Positions 1-46,145 of a stretch of DNA of 64,000 bases are shown one piece after another. This stretch comes from Lingula anatina (taxonomy: Eukaryota > Animalia > Brachiopoda). Position 1 is the stretch's first letter, and the number at the start of each line of letters is the position of its first letter. The notes below the pieces were generated by a model that saw only the letters and a list, made by a program, of their open reading frames with translations, was not told the DNA's origin and ran no database searches. The position numbers were made by a program, and so were the translations under genes. The DNA is taken from NCBI GenBank assembly GCA_051362555.1, contig CM120641.1, positions 49,048,401 to 49,112,400 of the forward strand. The letters run 5' to 3'.

Positions 1-182
1 AGTATTATTTCTAGATTTTTTAGCCATGTTGTTTGCTACTATTTCACAGAGTGAATACAACTGACATTCATCTGAAGACAATCAAGAAACAAATCCTAAT
101 TTGATATGGATCTTCATAAACCTCCTCCAGTATAGCCAGAAGTAGTATATTTTCCTCCCTGGCTGAGGTATGTTATACTCAC

Positions 183-33085
<32,903 letters not shown>

Positions 33086-34379
33086 TGCCTCATATTAAGA
33101 CACATCCAATAGTGAATATAGAAAGTTATACTTCCATGGTGTTCTTGATAACTATGATCATCAATCGGCTTTGGGTATCCCAAAAATTTCCTCCAGAATT
33201 GTTGCTGCACTCTCAACTTGGGATGTTTGGAATCGGCCTGGATGTTGGGGAACGTCAGTGAGATGAGAGACCACGAGAGTTCTATTTTCAGAAATAATTC
33301 GTTGAATAACCTTGCTTTTAGTACAAAATTGTTCTTTGTGTTCAATTTGCACATATAAATGCGGTGAAAATATTTGAAGTGTTAAAGATATCCATTAAAT
33401 TGTATTATCGTATCCCAATCTCCTTTCATTTCTCTTCGCTGAAGGGAATGCGGAGAAATTTGGAAAGGATAGTCTGATTGGACTAATGAAATATCCAATG
33501 TTTAGGTGCTATTTTACGTTTTCTTATCTTTTATACCATGTAAACTGTTACATAAATATTAATGTTATAAATAAAAGGAAGCGTTTCTTAAACAGTCCCA
33601 GAAATGAATTTATTATTTCATTTTCAGTCCATGTAATTATCTATGTGTAACGTTGTTTGCTATTGGTCTATACAGTCATGTGATTATCTATGCATATTAC
33701 CGCGGTCGATGAACTGGACTGTGCGTCAGTGTCTCTTGTTCGTCCGTTTTGAGTACAAATATGCATTATTCATAAAATGTTGAACACTGGAAAACATATA
33801 ACCAGGTCTGTCTATAGACTCTTCATGGCAGTGTTGTCGGATGATTGGTGTCAAAGAGTCGAATGATCATGTAATCTTCGACTTGATTGATAAATCCACT
33901 GACTTGAAAAGCTCGGACGGTAGGAGGCACGAACCAATGATCAAAATAGAACGTAGCACGGTACGAGTAGGTCTGTATGACGTTTCAATATGGAAATAAC
34001 AGGGAAAATAGTTGGAAATTTGATCTCATTTAAATATTGAAGGTTCCAATAACTCTACGTTATACTCATTAGTATAAATTAATCAGCATACCTTTGACAT
34101 TTCCAGTTTAAATGGTACATGTAAAAAGGTTGCTGAGTAAAACTTAATAAAACCAGTCAGTTACAGGTACTGTCAACACTGTGTGCTGAGAGCCTTGATA
34201 ATCAAACTAAACAATAAATATTTAGTAATTCATTCTTAAATAAAACTGTTACTTAGATAATTACTTCTATTGTCTTAACTGCATATTTTAATAATAAATG
34301 AACATGGTGATCATAAGGATATATGCCCATATATTTATTGGATCAAACATTTTCGTTACAGACTGAAAGAAGATATGCA

Positions 34380-37300
34380 ATGACATTTTATTTCACAATT
34401 CCAAGTGGCAATGTCTCTCTGTCCCGCCTGGAACAGTTTGCCATGGAGAGATTGCAGTTCTTGATTCAGTTAGCTGCTTGTAAAGGGGATGTAATACAGG
34501 CAACAGACCTCTGCATGCAGTTGCAGCATGTGGAACATTCAGAATGTCTTATACAGGGAACATTAAAGGATAAAATTTCTCATTTTGTATTAAGGTATAA
34601 TTATGTAGTTATATTCTTGTAGTTCAGCTCCATCTCCAACTTAATTATTTTTTGATAATATTACATTTTTTTTTTTTTGCTGTACTGCCCAAAGTATAGA
34701 TTTGCAGTGTTTAACACATATGGCTTAAAATGTTCAAACTTGAATATGGATAATTTGTTTGTTACGTTTGGGGACTAAAATCATAAATAGTGATAATAAT
34801 AATATTTATTTGATGCCTTAAATCCCTCAAAGATCAGTTGAATTTACAATACTTAAAAATTAACATAAAAGAATATTAAGACAAAATGGAAAACAGGTAA
34901 GATATTAAACAAAAGCGAAGAGACTTTTAGCTAAGAGTTTCTTTTAAAAAAACTAAATGCAAATAAATTATCCAATCCATTTCAGACTGGCAAGTTGTAC
35001 AGATGCTGGCATGGCAGATGTGATATTTTATGCAGAAACCCAGCTGTTTGCTTTCCGTCTCTCTTGTATGACAAAAGAAGAGAAACTCGCCTTTCTTACC
35101 TCCTTGTCAAAACACATGAAGGGGCGAGATCTTGAGTCAGTTAAGCACACCACAACACGGGGGGCATTGGCAGTCCTGGCAAACATACTCCATCAGATGT
35201 CTTTGACAGAATTAGCAGACACATGGGATGAAGGAAGAACAGATAGAACTATTTCTGTCCCATTTCTGTTTGCCCTCAGTTTGGTGGCTAAAAGAAAAGT
35301 GAATCTTCATAGGGGTAACATTTACTAATGCAAGTCTTTGTCATAGCATGTCTAGTCCTATCAAACTTTATATGTCAAATATTCCTGAAAAGATTTTAGC
35401 TTAGGCTATATTAGGGGGCCCTGAGTTTACACATTTATGAAAATCTATACAATGTTTTTCATCTTTACAGGATGGGCTGAAGTCCCCTACTGTATGCTGA
35501 ATGACATCTTCCAGTCTGTGTTTAGCTATTTACTCCAGTCTGCCACAAAGAAGGCCAAAAAGCAAATGACCCTCATGATGGAAGATGACAGATTTAACAA
35601 ATTATTTCACAAGTTGAAGGTGAGATATGGTTATACCTTACTTGAATGACTAAATAATTTATTTTCCCAAACATAGTAAGGTATTGTGTTTATTGCCTGT
35701 TTATATTGATAAAAAATGTATGAATGACAATGAATTCAACATTTTTTAATCAAATAATTTAGCCTAAGAGCTATATGTTATCTAAGATTTGATATACATG
35801 TTGTCCCCTTATTGATTCCTGAAAATGGATTTTGGAAATTGGATTCGTGTTGATATGGTGCTCTAAGTAGTGATTTGATTCCAAGCAGGTATTGAAGAAT
35901 GCGTACTTTACTGCCATTTCCTACAGGATGTGTTTTTGAGTTACTCCTCCAAGCAGAACTGTGGGATCTCCTGTACTAAAGTGACTCTCAGATGTGAAGA
36001 TGTCGATGCAGAGACAGATTTCTTTCCTCCTTGTATGCGCCACCTCCACCAACAGCTGAGACAGCGACACCGGCTGTCGCACCACTCCAGGGTACGAGAA
36101 TTACCTGTTTATGGCAAACGTGTGGTAGTTTAGGAGCAATTTTCATGTTGGAAAGGTTAAATATTGGTACCCAAGTCACAGTAGTAGTAGTAGTATTTTC
36201 CTCCTTAAATTGACACTGATAAAGTAAAATGTGGTAAAGATGTAGTTCTGATAGTCCGTATGTGCCCCCTTCCATACTGTCAAGTCAAAATGATGTCCAT
36301 TGTTTTCAGGTCAAGTACACCCTGTTCCAGAAGGAATGTGGCCTTCCTGTCCATGAAGCACTGAGATTCTGGAGAGAGGAGTACTCACAGGAACCCCACC
36401 ACAGTGCAGGCTGTAGACATAACTGGCGTGAAGAGAGGGACAGGTATACATACAATATCAGACATTTGTATGGACTGGAGGGTGCCAGGAAGAACTACAG
36501 AGGACACGACTGTGACACTATCCAGGTAATAATAATTTATGTCACTCATTTATATTACACTTTCAACCAGGTAGGTTACAATGTTGTCAAGTGAATTAAT
36601 ACTTTGTAGTATTAATTTTGTCAAACTGCATGGAGAGCAACCTTACTAATTCTGGTATTTTTATAGACAAATTACACTAATTTCTTGCACTTAATGTTGA
36701 AATAATTCCATAAAGAATTTACGGAAATCATTAAGTGAAATACCTTTTTGACATTAACTTAGGGAATGTTCAGATAAACCCATTGTACTAGCTGGATCGA
36801 CCTAACTCTTTGGGAGATTCTTCCTAAGTGCAAGCACTGTAATTGTCTTAAATGCCTAATGCCTCCTTGAGTTGCTAAGGGGTAATTAACTAATGAACTA
36901 GCTACTCAAGGAGGTGTGTCAGACAATTAAGTTGATTGCAGTTTAGCAAGAATCCCAGGCAGAGTTGGATCAATCAAGTTGGTACAGTGTTTGAATCTGG
37001 ACACTGTCTTTCATCTAGCATGAGTACTTTCTCTGCTGCCCATCTGTTAAGCTATCTGCTGAGGCAGCCGGGTTCATCCTCTGATACTGGGTAGTTTATG
37101 TGAGGTTGACGGGTGAATTTTGTCTTGACTGGTACATCGCAAACGGCTTTCTGCATTGTCTTTATTGCTAGCATGCATCGCTTGGTTAGTTGATAACATA
37201 TTATTATACTTTTCAGAAACAGCAACCAGGGCCAAATGAGGAGTGGGGTTGTCCTTTCCAGCACTTTGACCAAGCTAAACTCTCAGAAATCATGGACATT

Positions 37301-37753
37301 GAAGACATCTCACAGACTTTCCAGTCCAGAATATCACACCTGTCTGAACATGGTGACCCCAATGCTGCATGCAAGGTATATTTCCTAGCCAAGTTAAAAA
37401 AGATGGCTGATAGGAATTGCATAGAAGCTGATCTTAAAACCTGTGATTGCCATTGTAATGAAACAAGACAACGGATCTCTGCTGGCTGTAAATGGACATG
37501 TGAAGACACTAGGACATTGACAGATGTGACAGAGGTCAAAAGAGATCAGTTGAATATAGGGGAGAAAAAGAAGATTGTGCCAAAACAAATATCCTGTTCA
37601 AATTGCAGAATTCTCTGTAATAGGACTCCTTTTGACAAAGTGCCATTGCAAGAATTTCATAAACCACATGAATATTACCAGAACTTCAAATTTTTGTTTG
37701 AAGGACTAACAAGTGTTAGAGATAACAATGTTGATGTTGAATCCACCTTTTGA
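34380..37753 (+). CDS. PRIM2: DNA primase large subunit (p58/PriL)-like protein, divergent, about 536 aa
   Basis: Exons 34380-34594, 34986-35314, 35471-35619, 35927-36091, 36310-36525, 37217-37753, all phase-consistent. Motifs: FYFTIPSGNVSL, KDKISHFVLRLA, FPPCMRHLH, YTYNIRHLYGLEG, GCPF. Four Fe-S ligand Cys are present (FPPC, GHDC, GCPF, NAAC). May be a paralogue rather than the orthologue. Confidence 0.88.
36761..37008. mobile_element. Diverged fold-back MITE in PRIM2-like intron 5
   Basis: ctgtactag/ggatcgacctaactct-type left arm pairs with agagttggatcaatcaagttggtacag; boundaries approximate. Confidence 0.5.
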
Positions 37754-38817
37754 GTGAGGTGCAATTAAAAAACCAAAAGATTTATTTTAGATATCATTTT
37801 AGCTAAAGGATGAATGGTGCAACTGTTGAAAAGTATTTTAATGCATATATAGTAAGTAAATAACAAATTGAGGAATTATTAGTTTTAAAACTTTATTTTC
37901 ACAAAAAATAAAAAGCCAGGAAAAAAACTTTTTATTTGTTTTCTTATTTTTCATTGCCCTCCACCTTTTAACATGATTATGCATGAAGTCAAAACCAGTT
38001 TCTATTTTCCTAATCTTGGTACTGAAGATCTTTCTTGAAAAAACATCTGTTGCCATAAAGATGGGATATGTCTGTTTTAAACTAAACCACAACTTTCAAC
38101 TATGATTGTTATAAATTGTTCAAGATAAAAAGAAGTATTTGTAATATTGGCCCCTGAACTTACAAAAGTCGTAAGTCTTATTTCTACTCTCCTTAAACCA
38201 TACCACCTGACCTAACAACATTATGCATATCTATTGGAAGAAATAAGATTCTTTGGAATTCTTAGTGCATAGAAATAAAAATACCCCATTCTTAAAAATA
38301 ACAAGTAAAAATTATTCTGTGTATATAACATATCTTCAATACAAAAGACAATACCTGCAGGTGCTTTTCTACTTGCTTTCTCCCTTAATATCATTAACAC
38401 TTGGTGGCAAGTAAGGCCTGTTATTTGACAATAAACAATTGATTTGTTTTACTGTTCTTTAACAAAAAAATATAAATGTGTGTGCAGCACCTTCATAGAT
38501 AAGTTGCCAACAGTCTACTGGCATATCATGATCAAAGCTTCATGATTTGCTGACAAAAATATACCTAAAAATGCAGTCATCTTGTAAATATAAGGTAAGT
38601 TGCTTAGCAACACGAGTCATTAATTAATGTCCCCAAAGGAACTGCTGAGACTCTTCTGTAAAACTTAATATAAGTTACAAGTAGCAGTATGTTTGCACTA
38701 AAATTAACATACTGTGTGTAATACCAATATGTTGATATATATATATCTATTATGCTTTTAATTTTTTGAACTGATGTTTCTGCCTTTGTGTTTCTAATGT
38801 AAAACTGACTTAAAGCC

Positions 38818-40775
38818 TTATTGCTCTTTTTCTTTATTGACAGTCATGCCTCCCAAGGATGCTATACTTTCAGGAACATGCAGTTTGTCCTTCAAATCAT
38901 CAGCTGGGCTGAAATTTAAAATGGAAAAAAAAAAATTTATGAATGAATGAATACTGAATACCACAGAGTGAATGTTCTTATTCTTCCCTTAATTATAAAA
39001 GTGATATCACATAAGAAGAAAAAACTAACTGCGGTCACTGCCATTCATTTCCCTCCAGAAGATCAGTGGTACCGATCACAGCATCCCATTGTTACATCAT
39101 TACTTCCTAAGTCTGGTATTAGATTTTTCCCTCATACTAAACTACATTTTCTATGCTTCCAAATTCAGTAAAATTTACTAAAAAATTTTATTCTAGTTTT
39201 TGATTGCTCTTAACGTGAATGTCCTGAATCTGTTGAAGCTTGCACAAGCTCTAGATGAGTCAGAATCCTGACCCAAGGAAGAAGAAAGAGTTGTGTAACT
39301 TACGTCGACTTGAGGTAGCACAGGATATTAGTCCACAGAAAGGACCAGCAGGCCACATACACTGTCCTTAGGTAAGTTGGTACATAGAAAAAATTCACTG
39401 ACTGCACCGTAGGCCAAAAGACACAACCAGTCTGCAAATAAAAAACTTTCATTGCTATAATAAGCAGGTAATTATATGATATTATATATAATAAATGCAT
39501 GTAAGAAATTGCAATTAAAATTATTCACAAAATCTAATAAACACAAGAATAAAGTATAACAATAAAAGTATAAATATGAACCTATTCAAACACAATTACA
39601 AACTTCTTACTGCCAGATCTCAAATTGATTAGTCACTGTGCTACAGGAAAAACATTACCAGAAAAGTTTTAGGCCACTTCTGTTTTGCTTCTTCAAAGAT
39701 ATTTTCCTTTCTCTCTAAGACACTCAAACCTTTAATTAAAAATTAAAAATAAATTTTAATGCTTCAAATGTTCACATTTCAATGATGAAATCAAATATCT
39801 CATCTGCATATTTAAAGCAATTGCTTGGTAAACTTTCAGAGAGCCCTAATTAAAGTCCAAAAGTCACTTTATTATTGCATTTCACGTTCAAGTTTCAATT
39901 GAGTTACAATTTCTTGGCCAATAAAGAAAATTCTTTGTAGCCTTTTTTCAAAACATGAAATATTCATAAGCATTTCCCACAACTGTTAATTAAAGCGAAA
40001 ACAACTCTTTATATGGAATTTTAAATTCCACAATAAATGCATTGAAACAACACATACGAAAATAATAAATTCCATTTTACCACAAAAACAGTGGCTTTGG
40101 CAATTATCCAAAAAATTTGTGCTTGCTAACAGACCACATGCAGTATGTGGACCTGCATAGATGGCTACCCTATGTTATCTACCTTTAAGAAGACAGAAAA
40201 AGAAAGACACTTACAAAGAAAGACACTTCAAAGAATCTTTGGGTGTGGGAATGGATTCATTAAGCATTGGAAAGTATATGGGAAAAGTGTTGTTTACCTG
40301 CCCTCCCCCCCCCCCCAAAAAAAAAAAAACTGTTTAACGACATTTTTCTGCCAAAATGCAGAGGCTCTATCCCTTTATGGACAAAGGTCAGTTCTGGTTA
40401 TTTCATTACTAAGTAAGATATATAATGAAAACAAACACAGGATACATTTCACCTACCCACATAAAAGACCATCACCAGGATCCCTCCAGCAATTCCCTGA
40501 TCACAAGCTATTTTCTTCAGTACAGCTCGGGCAGAACGTCCAGGAAAGACACGCTCCAGAAACGGATACCACGCTGTATAAAATGGTCCAAACAAACTCC
40601 CTGTCAACAGGGTGATTCTGCCAGTATTGGCCCAGTTATACTTGTCAACTCCCTTTATGGTCTGTTGACTGATATCACCGCTGGCATAAAGAAAAGATAC
40701 AGTTGCCATATTACTTATCAATGGATGCTTGACATAGCATTGTTGGATAAACTTTAATGACCTCATAAAAGACAT
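38818..40775 (-). CDS. MPV17L: Mpv17/PMP22-family membrane protein (MPV17L-like)
   Basis: Exons 40775-40457 (HPLISNM..GDISQQ..KKIACDQ..FYVG), 39729-39659 (LSVLERKENIFEEAKQKWPKTFL), 39431-39304 (GCVFWPTVQSVNFFYVP..W), 38908-38818 (open tail ending KEKEQ*). WP..Q..NF..VP is the family motif. Confidence 0.88.
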
Positions 40776-41335
40776 GTCAAGGTGTGTGTAGTAGCCTGGT
40801 TACTCAGGTATTCTCTACCACTTGACTACCAGTATCTTCTTCGAGTGCACCAATCTTCTGTGTTCAGCAGGTATGTTCTTGTAATAAATAATAAATATAT
40901 TAATATAAATATAAATATAATAAAATATAATTTAAGCCACTTTAAATGTCTAAACTGGTAATTATGATATGAACATCAATGTCTCAAATTTGTTTATTCC
41001 AGATGTTAATGACAACTGAAAATTAGCAGAAATACATAGGCCAGGATAAAAAAAATAAAATAAAATAAAAACTGGATTAAAAACAATTGTTTTTAACATG
41101 CACAATTGCACTTCTTTCACTGTAAATTACTTGTTCATGATATGACAAATCTAGAATCCAGTACTGTTAGTCAGTTATTCGGAATTTGAAAATTTAAATG
41201 AAGATTGGCTTATTTCCACATGCTTACTAGTAGTTTGTTCATAAGTAAAGAAATATACTGCTATTAGCAGTTGATGAATCGATTTGAATACATTCAGATC
41301 CTGTTATATTTTTCTCTCCGAATCCACCCCCACCC

Positions 41336-41337
<2 letters not shown>

Positions 41338-41411
<74 letters not shown>
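41338..41411. repeat. (GT)n(GA)n compound microsatellite
   Basis: Direct reading. Confidence 0.97.
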
Positions 41412-41412
<1 letters not shown>

Positions 41413-41534
41413 GTCCTCTAGTTGATGAACCACTGGCAGTTTTTTCTGATAAAAAACAATAGAGATACCATGGGGTTAGTATCAGTTGCGACTGACGTGT
41501 CACGAAGTTACAGGAACTTCATTTAAAATCAAAC

Positions 41535-41730
41535 CTGTAGAAAACAACGTTCAAATGTTGCTGTTGTCTCCGTGTCTACTTTTCATGGACGCTGCCATAT
41601 TGAATCTCGCATATCCTCGCGAGAGTTACAGCCATGCGTGATGGTGAGATAGAAGCATGTTAGCAACATGTAGGTTTTTTCGCCAATTCACCAAGAACGC
41701 ACGGCCTCTTATCGCCATTAAAAGAAGGTA
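41535..41730. promoter_or_regulatory. Putative compact bidirectional promoter shared by MPV17L-like (minus) and the exonuclease (plus)
   Basis: CpG-enriched patch with CTCGCGAGA (TCTCGCGAGA-like) at about 41616-41624, a YY1-like AATATGGCAGC on the minus strand, and outward-facing donors at about 41534 (minus) and 41728 (plus, GTAAGC). Confidence 0.6.
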
Positions 41731-41949
41731 AGCAGACAAGGATAGGTATACGCTGTACTTTTGGAGATTTCTTCCTAATTTTTTGCAGAATTGTTTTGAT
41801 AATCCTCTTGTGTTCCCTGTGCCGTGATGTGGCAGACGACCCTTTTCACAAAATATTTTAATCGAAAGTTGGCTGAATTCGAAGACCAAAAATATCAATG
41901 TTCTTTACGCCTGCATAGATCCTCTATGGTACACTTAAGTGAGAATTTA

Positions 41950-41953
<4 letters not shown>

Positions 41954-41993
<40 letters not shown>

Positions 41994-42016
41994 AGCTCTC
42001 TCTCTCTCTCTCTCTC
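41954..42016. repeat. Poly-C tract followed by (CT)n
   Basis: Direct reading. Confidence 0.95.
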
Positions 42017-42276
42017 GAGTTAAATATTTTATCAAAAGATCTGTAAATGCCTTTCTGGAAAAAGATAGGCCATTCAAGTCACTTCTCAGGAAAGAGGGCT
42101 TCTAGATCTGATGAATCTTTCAAAAATCATTTGTTAAGTTCAGTGATGGAAGAGAGTGTCTGTATTTAACCTAATCAAATCTGCCTTGAATGGACACTTG
42201 ACAACTAGGTAGAAATGGAAGCCTGTTATTTAGATAATTAATTGACTGTTTCAGAGGAGATATTTCTGGAGCAGTG

Positions 42277-44565
42277 ATGAGAGAAGATCATTGGAGAAAC
42301 TTCAGTTCACAACAATCCAAGATGGATACCATTCTGAAGAGAGTAAAGAGACGTTTTGTTGAAAAACTTGCTGTACCTGAAAGGTTTAATACACAGTATG
42401 ATACAACTGGCAATGGTTTTGAGAAACAAAGAACAGGTCTTACAATGAACCAAAGTTTTGAACCAGCCATCAAAAAGATGAAGATGCAACATTCATTCAG
42501 TAATAAAGAGAGGCAGCTTGGTTGTACACTGCAACATAATGGTATTACACATGATATAACAAAGGCCATGCCTCAGACATCTCATGAGAATCAAAACAAT
42601 ACCAGATATTCAGGAATTGAAGGTGTCTGGAAAGGTATCCAGAAAATGACTAAATCTATGAAAAGGAGGCTTCGTAGAAAAAGATCTTTAAATAAGATAG
42701 CAAAAGATGGAGCTTCTGCAGACATTAGTCAAGAACAATCATTAAAGTTATTATTAACCAAACCTCTAGAGTCAGAGCACCAAGTAACTAAAAGTTTAAA
42801 CAATACAGTTGTAAATGGTAGAGTTAATTGTGAGCCAGGAACATCAGATTCAGGAGACAATGATGAGGATAATACACATAACAGTGGTAGGACTTCACAG
42901 TCTGGTCTGCCCACAGATGACTGTTATGTTGCCCTGGATTGTGAGTTTGTAGGGATTGGACCAAAGGGAAGAACAAGTGCTTTAGGTACAGATGTATATA
43001 AAATTGATTAATATTGAGATTGTAATTTTTAAAATGCATTGAGTCAGAGAAGATGTTTTATCAAAGATCAGCTGTTGCCATTGAATTTAGCCCATTGTAT
43101 ACTTTAGTTGTGAATCCTTGCCTCAAGAATTTTATCTTTGATACTTAAAAGAGTCGAATGTGTCTGTGTTAATAAGATAAATAACGTGTTTAGATGATGT
43201 AAACCTAAGAGTCCCTGGAAAGTGTATGAGGTCACATCATAATATTTGTTATTGTTTACTTTTCAGGGCGTTGTAGTATTGTTGATTTCCATGGCCGGGT
43301 TGTCTTGGATATATACGCCAAACCCGAGGAGGTGATCACTGACTACCGCACACCCTGGAGTGGTTTGAGGAAGAAAGACCTGGTCCAGGCAGTCCCCACC
43401 ATCAGCGCAGTCAATCAGATTAAAAAGACTGTCAAAGTATGGCATGTGTATTAATATGAATAGGTTAATTTTGTTTGTGTTTTAAACCCGATTGTTATCT
43501 AGGTTGGCCATAAGCTTATGGTATGAAAGTATTTTCGGATTGTGTTTGATAATTATTGTATATGATCCAACTACCAAGCTAATGAACATTTGTGCTAACT
43601 GATTATTATTATTATTATTATTTTGAGAGCTCTGTCCAGACTTTGACATTCTGGCTGCTTAAGCAAGATTTCCCCTGCAAAAACATATTGTTAATTGAAA
43701 ATAAGTAGCTTATAATTATGAAACCGTTCAACAATTTTGGAGGCATCACTTTATGGCATTTATCTGTTCAGAAATGATAGGAAAGTATTACTTGGCTCAG
43801 ATAAGTTCACAAATAGTAATTATGTACTAGACATATGTAAAAGTTTTGCAAGAGCCTTTACAACTTTGCACATTTTTTTTCTTTGCAGGGTAAAATTATA
43901 GTAGGCCATGCGCTGCAGAATGACTTCAAAGTCCTCCAGCTGGGCCATCCCTGGCCTGAGACCAGAGATATATGTACTTACAAACCTCTTCGAGCCATGG
44001 CCAATTATGAAGTGCATAATGCTGCATCATTGAAGAAACTTTCTGCATCTCTTCTTAGTAAGTTGATTGCTAGTTAAGTTTTTTATTTATGCCAGAACAC
44101 TGTAATGGAGAGTGTTCAGTGTTAGAAGCTTTTGTTTTTTGTATTTGGCAGAACATGTGATTTTAGTATTTTGGTATAAATTTTTCACTTCTTTTAACAG
44201 TACTTAACTAGTCTTAAAAGACACTAATTAACAATTTATGAAAATTGTCTTTTAAAAGTGAAATTTAGAAATTAGAAGTTTTTAAAGCGAATAAAGCAAC
44301 CTAAGATTTTTTCATTTAATATTTAGAGCGCAAAATCCAAAGTGGTGAACACTGCTCTTTGGAAGATGCCAGGGCCACCATGGACCTCTTCAAGTTAGTT
44401 CGAGATGAGTGGGAAAAAGGACTTCTGAAGAAATCTGCTCATTCCAAAAAACATAAAAAGAATCCAGAAACAGAAAAATCATTCTTGGATGATGAATATT
44501 GGGAAGAAGAAAGTGAAAATGTTAACAATGGGATTTGTAGTTTTGAAGAAAGGGATCAGAAGTGA
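42277..44565 (+). CDS. DEDDh 3'-5' exonuclease, AEN/ISG20L2/REXO4 family
   Basis: Exons 42277-42985, 43267-43436, 43889-44057, 44327-44565. Motifs [52 protein letters not shown] show all catalytic residues present. Basic N-terminal region with NLS-like KRRLRRKR. Confidence 0.92.
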
Positions 44566-45620
44566 AAATTGTTTGGTATTATTTTATGGATGCTACATTA
44601 TTATTTATAACTAGATTTTGACTATTAATTTTCTAGTATCAAACACACATAGGTCTTTAACATGGTCTCAATTAGTATTTAATACTTTTAAAAACCTGTG
44701 GGAAGCAAAATTTAAGTGAGCTTATGATTAATAATTTTGTATAGATTAAAGTTGATAATTTCATATATTTGATAGCAATATCGTAGTGCAGGAAAACATT
44801 TGAACTTGCAATGTTTTTTCATTGACATAAAATGTGTTCAGAATGTATTGGAATTTGTTTTCATTTCAGTGTCTTGAGACCGGTTAAACTAAATATTTCA
44901 GGTGGAAAGATGGCTTTCGTAGACTGCTAAGAACCTAAACAACAAAGTTGTGTTTCACAAAAAAAAAAAACTTATGTGTCATTTACCTTTTTTTGTCTGG
45001 ATTTTTCCTATAGCACAATGAGATTAACTTGACAGTTATTTTTAACTGGCATAACTGCCAAGAGCCCAGTTAAGTTAGTCAACTACATTTATTGTGACAC
45101 AATTATTTTTCAGATGCTTAAGATCAGTACCGCAAGGTCACCTTTACACAATCAGACATTCAATTTTAGTTTAAGTTAAGTTTAACCCCAAAATGCAACT
45201 TAAAACTTAACTGACCCCAACTGTTTGACCGTGTATCAAATTGTGATTGGAAAAGATGTAAATGACAGGGAGTGATGTATAACTTATGGTTCTTTCAATA
45301 TGGATTACTAGTTGCAGGATGATATGATTTTAATTTTGAATTCAATGACATCTTTATTTTGTTAAAATTTAGAAATGTCAAAAATGCCATTACATCTTAA
45401 ATGTATAGACTTTATTGCTGGGATATAATGAAACTCATTTGAATAGATTCAAACCAATGTGATATAAATAATAATGTACTTGGATTGTGTTTTGTTATTT
45501 ATTAATGTTATCAATTCTCTTAGTGTATTCTACTGCCTTTATGGAGCTGCCAAATTATTTGTTTCCCTCAGAGTCAACTTCTATCAAGCTAACATCTCTC
45601 TTGCCTAAGTATGCCATCTA

Positions 45621-45886
45621 GGACTGGGTTCCCATACCTAGATCGATCTAACAGGATCGATCCATCTCCGAGGGGTTTTTCTCTAAATTACTTTCAGCTT
45701 AAGCGGCTTAGATGTCTGGCATGCCTACTGAAGCTGCTAAAGGATAATTTTAATTAAAATTATCCCCTTGCAGCTTCAGTAGGTGTGACAGACATCTAAG
45801 CTGGTTATGTTGACTATAATTTAGCAAGCATCCCCTCGGATATAGATCAATCCACAATTAGAACAATAGGGTCTGGGAATGGTCCC
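45621..45886. mobile_element. Fold-back MITE, sibling of 20302-20553
   Basis: High similarity along the whole length; palindromic core ttagatgtctggcatgcctactgaagctgc / gcagcttcagtaggtgtgacagacatctaa. Confidence 0.8.
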
Positions 45887-46145
45887 TAGAGTAACCCATG
45901 AATTCAGGGGGGTTAATTCTGATCCAGGCATGCCCCTGACGTAATCTATTGCCAGCCAGTTGCCTGTCTGAACATCTCTTTAAGATCAGGAAAAACCAGT
46001 TGTTCAACAGGAATCCTTCCTCATTTGTACCAATTTCTTGAAGACTAAAAGTTATCTCCATGTTCAGTTCAGTCCATTCTTTGAAAACCAACCCCACAGT
46101 TTTAACAAAGAAGTTGTTAACCATCCCACTGTCTCCGCCAAATGT

